Positions 10,101 through 19,375 of a stretch of DNA of 64,000 bases are shown here, piece after piece; position 1 is the stretch's first letter; each line of letters begins with the position of its first letter. Origin of the DNA: a virus (Duplodnaviria; Heunggongvirae; Uroviricota; Caudoviricetes). Position numbers and translations under genes: made by a program. The notes under the pieces were generated by a model, which was not told the DNA's origin, did no database searches, and was given only the letters and a program-made list of their open reading frames with translations. The stretch lies in the IMG/VR virus record IMGVR_UViG_3300025861_000004; one strand, 5' to 3'.

Positions 10101-12406
10101 TCCGGGGACGCTTGTTCCCGGGTCGGTCGGGGTCGGTGGACCCCACGGGTCAGGCGCAGCGCTCGACCCTACGGGTGCTCACGGGCTCAGCGGCCGTTCG
10201 AGTGGGAATGCTGGTGGGCGACTTCGGGGAAGGCGGGCCGCACGCGCTGGTTCGTCCCGCCTCGATCCTCATGCGGGCGAACTTTGGGGTCGGGCAGGAC
10301 GGCACCACGGGAGAGCCCCTCGTCGTGTTCTACGATGGTACGGGTCAGCGCGCAGCCAACAACGAGCTGCGCTTCACCGTGGATGGGCAGTCGGTGGTGG
10401 TGCGGTTCGCCTCCAGTTCGGGCGGGACGCCTACTCCGGTGGGGCCCGCAGCGAACCCGAACAGCCTCTTCGCGCAGGTGGTGGCCGCAATGGCTGCCGT
10501 TCAGGGCACACCGTTTGGCGGCGCGGGAACCATCCTCTCCTCGGGCACGGTACGCCGTGAGGGATCCGGGATCCGGGTGACGAGCATCCGCTCGGACGAG
10601 CGATCGATCATCTCGGTTGGGGACAGCACGGCGGCCCCGACGATCGGGCTCTCTCCTGGGCAGGTGGCCGAGCGTACGCTCGTGTCGGTACGACGTCTCG
10701 TGTCAGGGCTCAACGCCTACCGCGCGACGTCCGCGACGACCTACCTGCTCCGGTTCGACGCCGCTGGTGCGGTCGGCACGTTCGGCAACGTCGCGGTCGC
10801 CTCCGTGGAGCACGACGAGGCGGGGTCGGAGTTCCTGCACCTCTCGGCGATCCCGCTCTCCTCGGCGGGTTACGGGACTTCCTCGCAGGTCGCGGTTCGC
10901 GACTCGGTCATCGCGGGGCGCGTGTCCCGCAGCTGGCTCGCCTACGGGACCGGCATCGGATCGACGGACGGCCAGGGGGACATCGGGGAGCCGAGGGTCG
11001 ACGGGTTCTACGTCACCTCCGACAACCCGAACGGGTCTGGATCGGCTAACGACTCGGTCCTCAACGCAGGGGTCGGGCAGGACGGCCTGGTGGGCCAGAC
11101 GTACCGCGACCGCGTGACGGGCCTTACCTTCACGCTCCTCCCCCGCGGGTGGTCGGAGAACCCAGACGGTCCGTGGCAGAGCTATCCCTCAGGGGGTGGT
11201 GCGAGCTTCAACATCCGGTCCACGCGGGTCATCACCGCTGAGGCCAACCGGGTGCGGCGCGTCATCCCGGGCCTAGAGCTCAAGGTCTCCGACACCCTGA
11301 GGGTCAAGGAGGCCGACGAGGCGGTGCTGCGCACGCTCGACCGTCGTGGGCTGGAACCCGCTGTGGGGGCGCTCTACTACGCGACGTACCAGTACCTCAA
11401 GCCGAGCTTCGCCCCTGGCCTGTTCACGCGTCAGGACGCCGTGGAGGCAGCCTACGGACCGTCTATCCCCGATAACCCGGTCTCGCTCGCCGCGTTCCTG
11501 GCGTTCCTCAACGGCGCGGCCGTCGTCGCGATCCGTCAGGTCCCGCGTGAGGGAGGGTTCACCAAGGGGTCTCTCGCCGAGTATGTTCGCGCGACCGAGG
11601 ACCTGGAGTCTCCCGTCGGGGAGGTGTCGGTCGACATGATCATGCTGCTCCGCGGCGACTCGCCGGAGCTCATGCAGGTACAGACGAGCTCGAACGCCAA
11701 GATGTCGGCCTTCCGCATCAAGCAGGAGCGGACGAGCATCTTCGGGCTGTCGGCGGGGTCTGACATCGCGACGGTCAAGAACGTCGCGGGGGGGCTATTC
11801 GACGACCGGGCGCGCGTCGTGTATCCCGACGTGGCGTTCATCAACCGTGCGGACCAGAACGGGGTCACCAAGAGGTACTTCGTTGACGGTACGTTGCTCG
11901 CAGCGGCGCTGTCCGGAATCGTTACGTCTCCTCGTCAGGACGTCGCGACGCCCTGGACGGGGCGTCGCATCGCGGGGTTCGCCGGTATGGGGCGCAGGCT
12001 GTCGGAGCCGCAGGCCAACGAGGTCGCGGCGGCCGGCGTGACGGTCATCACTCCCATTCCAGGAACGCTCAAGGTTCGGCACGGGCTGACCACCAACACG
12101 TCGAACGTCCTCACCCAAGAACCGACGGTTCGGCTCATCGCCGACGAGGTGCAGCAGGAGTCGCGGGCGCTGCTCGACCCGTTCATCGGGATCAAGTACC
12201 TGCCCGGTGTTGCGGGACAGGTGGAGGGGCGACTCTCCAACTACCTGAAGTTCAAGAAGAAGTCGCAGATCATCCGCGACTACCGCGACGTCAAGGCGCT
12301 CGCTGGCGGTGACGCGGTGTCCCTCGCGGTGGCGGCCAAGTACGCTCCCGTCCTGCCCCTCTTGTACATCGACCTCAAGTACACCCTGACGACCAACCTC
12401 GACTAG
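7109..12406 (+). CDS. Contractile tail sheath protein, very large (1765 aa)
   Basis: N-terminal YRPPGVY and C-terminal sheath domain (TTNTSNVLTQEPTVRLIADEV...YAPVLPLLYIDLKY); AGGAGG RBS before GTG 7109. Confidence 0.9.
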   Translation: MAIVNTYRPPGVYVTTDIEIPDEGFPESVRIPAFIGEGTELLTQTDLEIVRGSSSVADQNVVLEDERGRAVRKVMSGGIISLTDFDGVITKFRVHHYPIVDGAGIGRPTTSQSDVQVFVDGRPAVVQSVDGVQGIIELVVAPDPTSTVACTYYFKRTDTQFTDDLSFQVTPEAAVIYGLRGIADTDADNNQGETLQFMDEQVGPSGQVVVPGNNRLLLNVDRAAVDIRIPPGRYTMRQAANSISAARAQSLRAGTLLNNLGLSTLSLTADHELEVTGGSACSLLGLEPGQLYRRRRTFVTNEGPIVDGSNGGVTTTDPTKVVVRVDGETIPAESVDGRSRQVTLSIAPRAGAKVVITYWSNTWQDTYDYLGHRGVTRIVRVGDTPGRSAYTDGADYVLDSDRILWGASWSVRPAKLPEAGYVAFGPDQVDAFMLDDRDFLAPCKPVVQSVGGQVVQSTTSFIHPRLPTLGNGRDTPLGQSLFNLTANTRTGTPSDRPDLIWAYWGYDPQDALLRGRQRVVQANGAMFTLGSPVPVGAKVYATAYYNALSDAVYRLRCERAGASTFGTYRVLDVGDRSLFCAIYDPGSKGPAIFDVSLEWPGGSDLSSDARLEGVSDPLFKGPVEETITVHMATEQPTSARYAVSGSGPYALVRSYSDRARIRVNNADLMTGLAGIDLSDPANLAGFTAGFPPTLVGDVVNYTGGKGSVVGQSYTIDRPEELVLEMEGVQVTAVVPARQGATVGLVRDAINLAVCGWQGQADGGSGNTVVVPLLTSGDMTDRFKGWEVVVGDTAAAATPGQTRKVASYDPATRTITVSAPWAGGALVKGDPIRLRDPSAIPEMRGETIFDASLTISPGQFSQVAMAYVGSVTGATGVVTLDIPAGTYPTPGDLASTLEIGLNAAIAAIATKFAGLRVSFRADGDGRLVVGLRSAALDSAGALSFVAAPKGPAADFSVLAGFDTGSGFGGGQAVLVDAPVAHAFGVARSDGSRTADRLVIRGRLFPGRSGSVDPTGQAQRSTLRVLTGSAAVRVGMLVGDFGEGGPHALVRPASILMRANFGVGQDGTTGEPLVVFYDGTGQRAANNELRFTVDGQSVVVRFASSSGGTPTPVGPAANPNSLFAQVVAAMAAVQGTPFGGAGTILSSGTVRREGSGIRVTSIRSDERSIISVGDSTAAPTIGLSPGQVAERTLVSVRRLVSGLNAYRATSATTYLLRFDAAGAVGTFGNVAVASVEHDEAGSEFLHLSAIPLSSAGYGTSSQVAVRDSVIAGRVSRSWLAYGTGIGSTDGQGDIGEPRVDGFYVTSDNPNGSGSANDSVLNAGVGQDGLVGQTYRDRVTGLTFTLLPRGWSENPDGPWQSYPSGGGASFNIRSTRVITAEANRVRRVIPGLELKVSDTLRVKEADEAVLRTLDRRGLEPAVGALYYATYQYLKPSFAPGLFTRQDAVEAAYGPSIPDNPVSLAAFLAFLNGAAVVAIRQVPREGGFTKGSLAEYVRATEDLESPVGEVSVDMIMLLRGDSPELMQVQTSSNAKMSAFRIKQERTSIFGLSAGSDIATVKNVAGGLFDDRARVVYPDVAFINRADQNGVTKRYFVDGTLLAAALSGIVTSPRQDVATPWTGRRIAGFAGMGRRLSEPQANEVAAAGVTVITPIPGTLKVRHGLTTNTSNVLTQEPTVRLIADEVQQESRALLDPFIGIKYLPGVAGQVEGRLSNYLKFKKKSQIIRDYRDVKALAGGDAVSLAVAAKYAPVLPLLYIDLKYTLTTNLD

Positions 12407-12582
12407 CTTCCGTCCCAGTCGAGTATCCCGAGGCGCTTGTCCTCCTCCCACTGCTCGCGTGGTGAGAGCCTCTCGTAGTCGGGGTGGCGGCCTCGGGCGC
12501 GCTCCGCCTCAGGGGAAAGATCCACCGGTTTCTGGCTGTCAGTCGACTTCTTGTCTAACGTCGAGGAGGCGGGCGCGCTCAT
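12403..12582 (-). CDS. Small hypothetical protein (59 aa)
   Basis: ATGA overlap with the upstream minus-strand gene; ends LSPREQWEEDKRLGILDWDGS. Confidence 0.55.
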   Translation of the reverse strand: MSAPASSTLDKKSTDSQKPVDLSPEAERARGRHPDYERLSPREQWEEDKRLGILDWDGS

Positions 12583-13214
12583 TTGGTGAGCCACTTCTGC
12601 CACAGCTTGTCCGGAGCGACCTTCTTGCTCTCAGCCTCCCGCACCTGGGCAATGAGCTTCTCGGTGTGTTTCCAGCCGAGGGCGGTTGGCTTGAGGTTCT
12701 CGGTCATGAGGTTGGCGTGGTGGACGACCTCAGCGGGGATGCCGATGTCTAGCGCGTCCGCGATCACGTGGCGACGGGACCGCCAGTGGATGTAGCCGGC
12801 GCGGGGCTTGGTCACGCCGACGCGAATGCGGACACCCTCGAAGTCCTCGTACAAAGGAGCCTCAGGAGGTCCCCCTGGAGGGGGACTTTGTACGACTTGG
12901 ACGGGTGCCTGTGAAGGCGCTACCTCTGGGCGGGCCGGCTCAACCGGGGGGGTCGTCTGAGCGGGCTCCGCGGCTGGGGTGTCGGCCTCGTGGAGGCAGA
13001 TGCGCACGCGCGACTCTGCTGAAGCGATCCTCGCGAGGATCGACCGGAGGTCTGCGGTGAGGGCCGCGGTCCGTGCCTGAAGGTCCTGGGGGTTCTTGGC
13101 GTCCTCATGCAGGAGGGCCACCTGCGTGAGGGCCCCATTTGCTCTGCGCCTGGCGTTGTCGAGGTCCGTTGTGGCCACCAGCAGCGCGTTCGTGTGGATC
13201 AAGCTCATCTTCAT
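12579..13214 (-). CDS. Hypothetical protein (211 aa) with coiled-coil and Pro-rich linker
   Basis: Long ORF antisense to the tail module; GGGTAAG 7 nt before ATG. Confidence 0.7.
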   Translation of the reverse strand: MKMSLIHTNALLVATTDLDNARRRANGALTQVALLHEDAKNPQDLQARTAALTADLRSILARIASAESRVRICLHEADTPAAEPAQTTPPVEPARPEVAPSQAPVQVVQSPPPGGPPEAPLYEDFEGVRIRVGVTKPRAGYIHWRSRRHVIADALDIGIPAEVVHHANLMTENLKPTALGWKHTEKLIAQVREAESKKVAPDKLWQKWLTK

Positions 13215-13228
13215 GGCGATGCTTACCC
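13215..13228 (-). promoter_or_regulatory. Class B motif GGGTAAG-N7-ATG
   Basis: Same motif and spacing at 19362 and 36431. Confidence 0.5.
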
Positions 13229-13243
13229 CGTTCGAGGTGTCTT

Positions 13244-13300
13244 GATCAGGGTCGTCACTTCATCGACCCTGATCGTTTAACGGTCGTCCAGGGTCGATGA
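13244..13300. repeat. Three copies of CAGGGTCG in +/-/+ orientation forming two mutually exclusive hairpins
   Basis: GATCAGGGTCG (13244-13254) pairs with 13264-13274; TCATCGACCCTG (13260-13271) pairs with 13289-13300. Confidence 0.8.
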
Positions 13301-13369
13301 TCCCGCTTCATCCAGGTTGGTTCGCTTAGATGGCATATGTTCCCGACAGGGGAGAGGAGCTGTGCGCTA

Positions 13370-14197
13370 ATGCCTAATCAGGACAGGAACTCGCAGAACG
13401 GCGTTCAGGGAACGTCCTACATCTACGACTTCGGTACCTCTCCCAACACGCGGACCGCGGTGTCTCAGAAGGTTCGTATCCTCGCACCCTTGTACAACGA
13501 GCAGGCAGCCCTGTCCCAGATGGGGGTTATTGGGAACTTCTCCCTCCAGGAGAGCAAGAACCTAGAGCCTGTTCGCGGGGTCGGGTTTGGAGACCGGATC
13601 GCGGAGATCGTGCCGGGCGTGACCGAGCCGATGGGGATCAGCGTAGAGCGCGCCCTGCTCTACTTGTGCAACATCTGGCAGGCGACCGGTTACGCGGCCG
13701 GCGTGGATGGTCCAGTCCGGTCGATCCGTCACCACCGGTGGCCGTTTGACATCGAGGAGCAGATGGTGTTCTCCACGCTCGTCGACGCGGACATCGGGGG
13801 TGCAAACATCGGGTATCGCGGAGGATCGGGCGGTACGGCCGGGTCGTTCGACGGTGGCGTGCGGGCCATCCAGTTTCCAGAAGTTACGCCGGACCTCGCG
13901 GGACGCCCGGGCGCGCTGCGTGGTCACTCAGCGCTCGTGACGATCTACGAGGCGTGTTACTGGTCGTCGTGGAACCGAGCCTACAGCAAGGACGCGGCGG
14001 CCATCATGGAGACGGGGGATGCTCAGTGCACCGACGTCCACGACTTCGCGTCGAGCTACGGCGAGTTCCTGGCCACGGGCAACGATCCCACCATCGGCCA
14101 GCTCGGGTCGCTGCGCTACGCTGAGGGCGGCTTCCGCGCCGCGCGGGCTGGGACGCAGATCGGCGGGGGCGGGACGCGCAACCCGTTCGCTGGGTAG
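13370..14197 (+). CDS. Tail tube protein (275 aa)
   Basis: Downstream of the sheath; tube-like motifs EPVRGVGFGDRIAEIVPG, ISVERALLY, PFDI, TIYEACYW; GAGGAG RBS. Confidence 0.8.
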   Translation: MPNQDRNSQNGVQGTSYIYDFGTSPNTRTAVSQKVRILAPLYNEQAALSQMGVIGNFSLQESKNLEPVRGVGFGDRIAEIVPGVTEPMGISVERALLYLCNIWQATGYAAGVDGPVRSIRHHRWPFDIEEQMVFSTLVDADIGGANIGYRGGSGGTAGSFDGGVRAIQFPEVTPDLAGRPGALRGHSALVTIYEACYWSSWNRAYSKDAAAIMETGDAQCTDVHDFASSYGEFLATGNDPTIGQLGSLRYAEGGFRAARAGTQIGGGGTRNPFAG

Positions 14198-14233
14198 CGT
14201 GGAGCGACTACTTGAATAGAGGCCCATACCATC

Positions 14234-15391
14234 ATGAAGCGCAAGGATCTCAGGGCGCGCCTAGCGCCCTTGCGGAGCAGCAGCAAACCGTTTGTCGTGG
14301 ATGCGTGCGGGGTCAAGCTGGAGATGCGCGTCCTGTCCAACGAGGACGCGCAGGCCATCCAGCAGATGGTCATCGACTACGGCAAGATGGCGGTCGACGA
14401 CACCACCGAGGAGGCCGAAGAGGCTGCGGACAAGACGTATCGTCGGTTCTCCGCGGAGCTCCAGTACCACATGAAGGTCGAGACGATCGCTCGCGCGGTG
14501 GTATCGATCGACGGGATGCGGGACCTCGTAGTCACGGCCGACGACGACTCGGTAAAGGTCGAGCTGCGCGACTTTCTTCGCGAGGAGATCGCCGACTGGG
14601 ACCGCCCCGTTACCGAGGAGATCTACACGGCCTATGGGCTCAAGGCACTCCGTGAGGAGATCGTCGGGGCCCTCCAAGTTCAATACGAGCCCGTCGATAT
14701 GAGCCTGGAGATCTCCAGGCTGGAGAAGTTGCTGGAGCGCGCGAAGCGTGGGCAGGCCGAGCAGCAGCGTCTGCTACAGGAGCGCGTGACAGAAGCTCAG
14801 GAGCTATCCGACATCGAGAAGGCAGGGCCTTCCGCTTCGGAGGCCCCTGAGCAGGTTCCTGTGGCCCCTGAGGCCCCTGAGCAGGCTCCTGTGGACCCCG
14901 CAGTGTTCGGGGGAGCCCCGGAGCGAGCGCCCGCTCCGTCCAATCTGTCCAATCCGTCCAATCCGTCCACTGAGTTCCGAGAGTTCCGAGAGCGGATTCC
15001 GCGCGAGTCTCTGAGTGCGCCGCCTCCTGGTCAGGGGTCCAGGTCGTACCTGGACGCCCCTCCCATGCCCCTGGCGGGAGGGTCGTTCCTTGGCGACGAC
15101 ACTACCTCCGCGATCGAGGAAGCAGAGCGTCAGCAAGTCGCGATGCGCATGCGACGGGGGCCAAGGACCCCCATTGAGAGGGGGGCTGGGTCCATCGAGG
15201 GGGAGGATGGGTTGGCGGCCCTGCGTGGGGTTGCGATCCCCGGACCCACCATTGTACCTCCGCGGTCCAAGCCGGAGGCCCCACGAGGGGGAGGTCCCTC
15301 AACTCCTGGGGAGTTCCGGTTGCCTCCGAACCTGCCTGTCAACCAGAGGCCAGGAGACGGGGCGATAAACCCGCGGTTCCGCGGGAGGTAG
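14234..15391 (+). CDS. Putative tail assembly chaperone with Pro-rich repetitive C-terminus
   Basis: Position between tube and tape measure; acidic helical N-terminal domain. Assignment is by synteny only. Confidence 0.55.
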   Translation: MKRKDLRARLAPLRSSSKPFVVDACGVKLEMRVLSNEDAQAIQQMVIDYGKMAVDDTTEEAEEAADKTYRRFSAELQYHMKVETIARAVVSIDGMRDLVVTADDDSVKVELRDFLREEIADWDRPVTEEIYTAYGLKALREEIVGALQVQYEPVDMSLEISRLEKLLERAKRGQAEQQRLLQERVTEAQELSDIEKAGPSASEAPEQVPVAPEAPEQAPVDPAVFGGAPERAPAPSNLSNPSNPSTEFREFRERIPRESLSAPPPGQGSRSYLDAPPMPLAGGSFLGDDTTSAIEEAERQQVAMRMRRGPRTPIERGAGSIEGEDGLAALRGVAIPGPTIVPPRSKPEAPRGGGPSTPGEFRLPPNLPVNQRPGDGAINPRFRGR

Positions 15392-15394
15392 TTC

Positions 15395-16456
15395 GTGACG
15401 GCCGAGCCCGTGGTGGTTCGATCGACCACCTACGAGCAGCGCAGCTTGCTCTACAGGGATGTCGAGCAGCTCATCTCGCCGGGCTTCATCACCTGTCGGG
15501 TGCGGGTAGGGGGGACGCACCTCACGCTGCGTACTCTCGGTGCGGGGGACGCGGTCGTGCTCAACGCGAGGGTTCCGCGTCCGGTGACGCACGGGGACGT
15601 AGAGGGGTGGCGCTGGACGCTGGCGACCGCGCTGTGGATGGTAGATGGGCACCTGCTGCGCGACGGGGATGACGAGGTTGCGTCGGACGTGTTGGCCGCT
15701 TGCCCTGACGGGGTCATCTCGTCCTTGTTCGACGTCTTCCTCCACAACCTGGTGGGGAGGCAGGACCAGGCCCGACACGCGGCCTACGTGTACGTGTACG
15801 AGGTCAACTCGCGGGACCTCTGGCGTACCTACGGGGCACGCCCCTGGGAGGTGGGTGGGGTGCCCGGATCGCAATCCGCTGCGGGAAACCCGGTACAGAA
15901 CTGGTGGACCGCCTTCAATGAGGTCGAGGACATCCGGGAGGACTACGCGCGCCACTGGCGGGGTTACAAGCTCATCACCTCGGCCACGTCTCCCAAGGGG
16001 ATCAAGCGGATCAACGAGAGCGACGAGCGCTCTGAGAAGAACGAGGAGCGTCGACGCCAGGACGCTCTTCATCGGTACTACTGGTACCGAGCTGGAGTCC
16101 TCCCGCTGGAGGAGTACGTCAAGGCGATGGACCAGAACCTGGGGGGGCAGTACGCCTTTCGCCTCAAGTCCGTCGATGAGCTCGATGACGACTACCGCCG
16201 CTGGGTCAAGGGGGAGGAGGACGACCACGACCGCATCATCCGTGAGTTCAAGCAGCGTGAGATGGCGCGGGTCGAGGCGTGGCACCAGGACATGATGCAG
16301 GCCCGTGCGGCGGCCGTCGCAGGCCACCAGGACTTCCAGGGGCCTGACCTGCAAAACCCGATGACACGGGATCAGCTTGGCCCCGCGGTGCGCACCTCCT
16401 TGTGGGTTCCAGACTCCCTCCGGCACCCGCGCTACGGGCAACGAGACGACACGTAG
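15395..16456 (+). CDS. Putative second tail assembly chaperone
   Basis: GGAGGT RBS; directly before the tape-measure-like gene. Assignment is by synteny only. Confidence 0.55.
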   Translation: MTAEPVVVRSTTYEQRSLLYRDVEQLISPGFITCRVRVGGTHLTLRTLGAGDAVVLNARVPRPVTHGDVEGWRWTLATALWMVDGHLLRDGDDEVASDVLAACPDGVISSLFDVFLHNLVGRQDQARHAAYVYVYEVNSRDLWRTYGARPWEVGGVPGSQSAAGNPVQNWWTAFNEVEDIREDYARHWRGYKLITSATSPKGIKRINESDERSEKNEERRRQDALHRYYWYRAGVLPLEEYVKAMDQNLGGQYAFRLKSVDELDDDYRRWVKGEEDDHDRIIREFKQREMARVEAWHQDMMQARAAAVAGHQDFQGPDLQNPMTRDQLGPAVRTSLWVPDSLRHPRYGQRDDT

Positions 16457-16487
16457 GCTATCCCAGCACCCTGAGTAAAGACTTCAC

Positions 16488-19358
16488 ATGCGTGCGCCCA
16501 GCCAGTCCAAGTCGGTCCTGAAGCTCATCGCCGACCTCGAGCTCACCGGAATCGAGGGTGTGCAGCGCAAGCTGCGTCGCGCGGCGGGGGAGTTCTCTGA
16601 GGCGATCTCCTTCGACGACAAGCAGTTCCTGGAGGGCTGGACCAAGACGCGCAGCGAGATCGGCAAGACATGGGCCAAGACGGTCCGGGAGGCGGCCGAG
16701 GCGAGCTTCTCACCGGGTGCGCTCCGCAAGGTGGTCCACCAGTACGAGGACTCGATGAAGAAGGTCGACGCCTCGCACCTCAAGGTCGAGAAGCTGGCGG
16801 CCCAGATTCGGGAGCGTCAGGCCCGGGGGCTGGAGTCGCGCGCGCTCCAGCAGGAGGCGCAGCTCGAGCGGCGGCGGCTCGCCTCTCTGCACAAAGGGTT
16901 CGACGATGAGATGAAGCACGTCCGAAACGTCGCCGAGCGGCGCAAGGACGCCGTCGAGGAGGCGGAGCGGCTCAGCAAGCGGACCTGGTCTCAGGCCGCC
17001 GAGGAGATCGGGGACTCGCTGTCGGAGCAGTTCGACCGCCTGAAGTCGGGGGACGTTGCGAGCGTCCTCAAGGCGGCCGGACGACGCCTGAACACCGCGA
17101 GCGTGCAGGCGTCGCAGAAGGCGGGGGAGGGGAAGTCGGGCAAGCTCTTCGAGGGGCTCTCTGGGGTCCTTGGCAAGCTCGGACCCGCCGTCGTGGCGAT
17201 TGGCGCTGTCGTGGCGGGGGTCGCCGCCCTCGTGAAGATCATGGTCGACGCGGATGCCAAGGCCAAGGAGCTAAATCGCACCTTGCTCGACGCGGGGGTC
17301 ACGGCCGGCGACCTGGCGGGGACCTACGAGAACACAGGCGATGCGATCGACCGCACGCGTCGCGCCTTCACGGCGGGGGAGGGGGCGTTCGCCTTTAACC
17401 GCATCTGGGGGACGACCGCCGAGGAGCACCTCAAGGTGCTCGGAGCCTACGCGGAGGCGGGCCTCACGATGCGTCAGCTGGCCCGCGGGGTACGGGACGT
17501 GGGCGAGGAGATGGAGCGGTATCGGGACGCGACCGCACACGCCCTGACCTTCTCGAAGCTCCTCGGGATATCGACCAACGAGGTGGCGACCGCCACCTCG
17601 GGCTACATGGAGGACCTCGGCCTGTCGCTCAAGGGTGTGCAGGACCGCTTCTCCGAGGTAGAGCTCGCCGCGCGGGAGTCGGGCTTCGGGACGAAGCGCT
17701 TCTTCAGCCTCATCCTCCAGGCGACCAGCGGGCTCACCGGCTACAACGTCCGCCTCACGCAGGCGGCCTCACTACTCAAGTCGATCGGCAAGGTGCTGGG
17801 TCCCAAGGCCGGCGGGGAACTCCTCCAGAACCTCCAGCGTGGGTTCGGGCACGAGTCCATCCAGGATCGGTATCGGCGTCTCATGGTGACCGGCAACACC
17901 ACGACGAGCCGCGTCTTCAAGGCGGAGGCAGAGGCGGCCGTGTCGGAGCTGTCCAAGCGGGTCGCGGAGGCCAGTGGACCCCAGCAGGAGGCCATAAAGC
18001 GCGCGCTCGGGGTCTATGGGGTTGACCTGGCGAGCGGCAAGGGTGCGGCGCAGTTCGGCAAGCTATCGGCCGACAAGCAGGCGGACCTGCTGTTCCGGGC
18101 ACAGACCGAGGGGGTGTCTGACGAGCTTGTCCGAGTGATCCGAACGGCCGTTGAGAGGTCGCGTGGGGCCTCTGGGGGCCTGGCTACTCGGGCCAACGCA
18201 CTTGGTAACATCGGGGCCGGTGGGACGCTGGCGCTCAAGCTCCTAGAGGCGCAGCGCATCGTGGGGTCGCCGCTCCACCTGCTCTCCGGAGCGAAGGCGA
18301 TGGGGGCCCAGAGCATCACGGGCACCTCGGGCGAGGAGTACTCCCAGCTTGTTCGGCTGAGCGAGAGCTTCGCCAAGCTCGACGAGAAGCTATCCGCCGT
18401 CCAGCGCGGAGTCCGCGCGGGCAAGCCCTACGACGAGAAGTACGCCGAGCAGCTCGCTCGGAGTCAAGGAATCTACGTCGACCGGCAGGGTAACCGTCGC
18501 AGGACCTTGGTGGAGGCGGGAAGCCGCTTCTCCTCGGGGCAGGGAGAGGTGATCGGCAACACGTTCGAGGACGTCATCACCTCGGCGGGCAAGGAGTTCG
18601 CCAAGGTGGCCGAGGAGCAGGTCCCTCGTGATGTCCAGCTCGCGCAGGAGATGGTCCATAACACGGCGGACATGACGAAGATCCTGGAGCAGGGGGTTGA
18701 GTACTGGCTGGAGCAGATCTACTCGGTCGTCCAGGGCATCTACAGCTTCTTCGGCAGCGAGAAGGAGCGCAAGAACCGCACCTCGGCGATCGAGTCCCTC
18801 ACGGGCGACATCGACAAGTCCCGCGCGGACTTGCGGGCCAAGGAGAAGGAGCTCTCCGACCTAGTCGCCCGCATGAAGGGATCGCAGGGGGCAGACCGGA
18901 CGGCGCTTGCCGCCCAGGTGGAGGGTAAGCGCACCGCAGTCCAGGCCCTCCAGGGACGTGTGGCGGCGCTATCGAAGATCCGCTCGAAAGTCACCGCGAC
19001 GTCCGCGTCCTACAGTTGGCTGTCGGCCAAGAGTGCCCAGGAGTTCAAGAAGGAGGCTGTTGAGCAGAGCAAGCAGGACATCCTCGATGCGGCTAAGAAG
19101 GCGGGCATCACGGGTCCGGTCGACACCGTGCTTGGACAGATCGGCCTCGGGCGGGGTGGGGACATCCTTCCGCCCTCCCCTCCGACAACCTCGGTGTCCC
19201 CAGCGCTACCCTCGGCGAGCGCCTTCTTCCCCTCGCAGCCGGGGGCGCATGCGCGATCTAGGACGGTCGTCCAGAACAACCACTACTACAACAACGCGCA
19301 GGCCATCTCGACCGCCCTTCAGCGCAATACCCTGGCGATCGATGGGCAGGCTCCCTAG
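16488..19358 (+). CDS. Tape-measure-like long helical protein (956 aa)
   Basis: Ala/Glu/Arg/Lys-rich coiled-coil with a hydrophobic segment (GPAVVAIGAVVAGVAALV); position in the tail module. Confidence 0.7.
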   Translation: MRAPSQSKSVLKLIADLELTGIEGVQRKLRRAAGEFSEAISFDDKQFLEGWTKTRSEIGKTWAKTVREAAEASFSPGALRKVVHQYEDSMKKVDASHLKVEKLAAQIRERQARGLESRALQQEAQLERRRLASLHKGFDDEMKHVRNVAERRKDAVEEAERLSKRTWSQAAEEIGDSLSEQFDRLKSGDVASVLKAAGRRLNTASVQASQKAGEGKSGKLFEGLSGVLGKLGPAVVAIGAVVAGVAALVKIMVDADAKAKELNRTLLDAGVTAGDLAGTYENTGDAIDRTRRAFTAGEGAFAFNRIWGTTAEEHLKVLGAYAEAGLTMRQLARGVRDVGEEMERYRDATAHALTFSKLLGISTNEVATATSGYMEDLGLSLKGVQDRFSEVELAARESGFGTKRFFSLILQATSGLTGYNVRLTQAASLLKSIGKVLGPKAGGELLQNLQRGFGHESIQDRYRRLMVTGNTTTSRVFKAEAEAAVSELSKRVAEASGPQQEAIKRALGVYGVDLASGKGAAQFGKLSADKQADLLFRAQTEGVSDELVRVIRTAVERSRGASGGLATRANALGNIGAGGTLALKLLEAQRIVGSPLHLLSGAKAMGAQSITGTSGEEYSQLVRLSESFAKLDEKLSAVQRGVRAGKPYDEKYAEQLARSQGIYVDRQGNRRRTLVEAGSRFSSGQGEVIGNTFEDVITSAGKEFAKVAEEQVPRDVQLAQEMVHNTADMTKILEQGVEYWLEQIYSVVQGIYSFFGSEKERKNRTSAIESLTGDIDKSRADLRAKEKELSDLVARMKGSQGADRTALAAQVEGKRTAVQALQGRVAALSKIRSKVTATSASYSWLSAKSAQEFKKEAVEQSKQDILDAAKKAGITGPVDTVLGQIGLGRGGDILPPSPPTTSVSPALPSASAFFPSQPGAHARSRTVVQNNHYYNNAQAISTALQRNTLAIDGQAP

Positions 19359-19361
19359 CTA

Positions 19362-19375
19362 GGGTAAGAGTCCGC
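19362..19375 (+). promoter_or_regulatory. Class B motif GGGTAAG-N7-ATG
   Basis: Exact motif and spacing. Confidence 0.5.
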
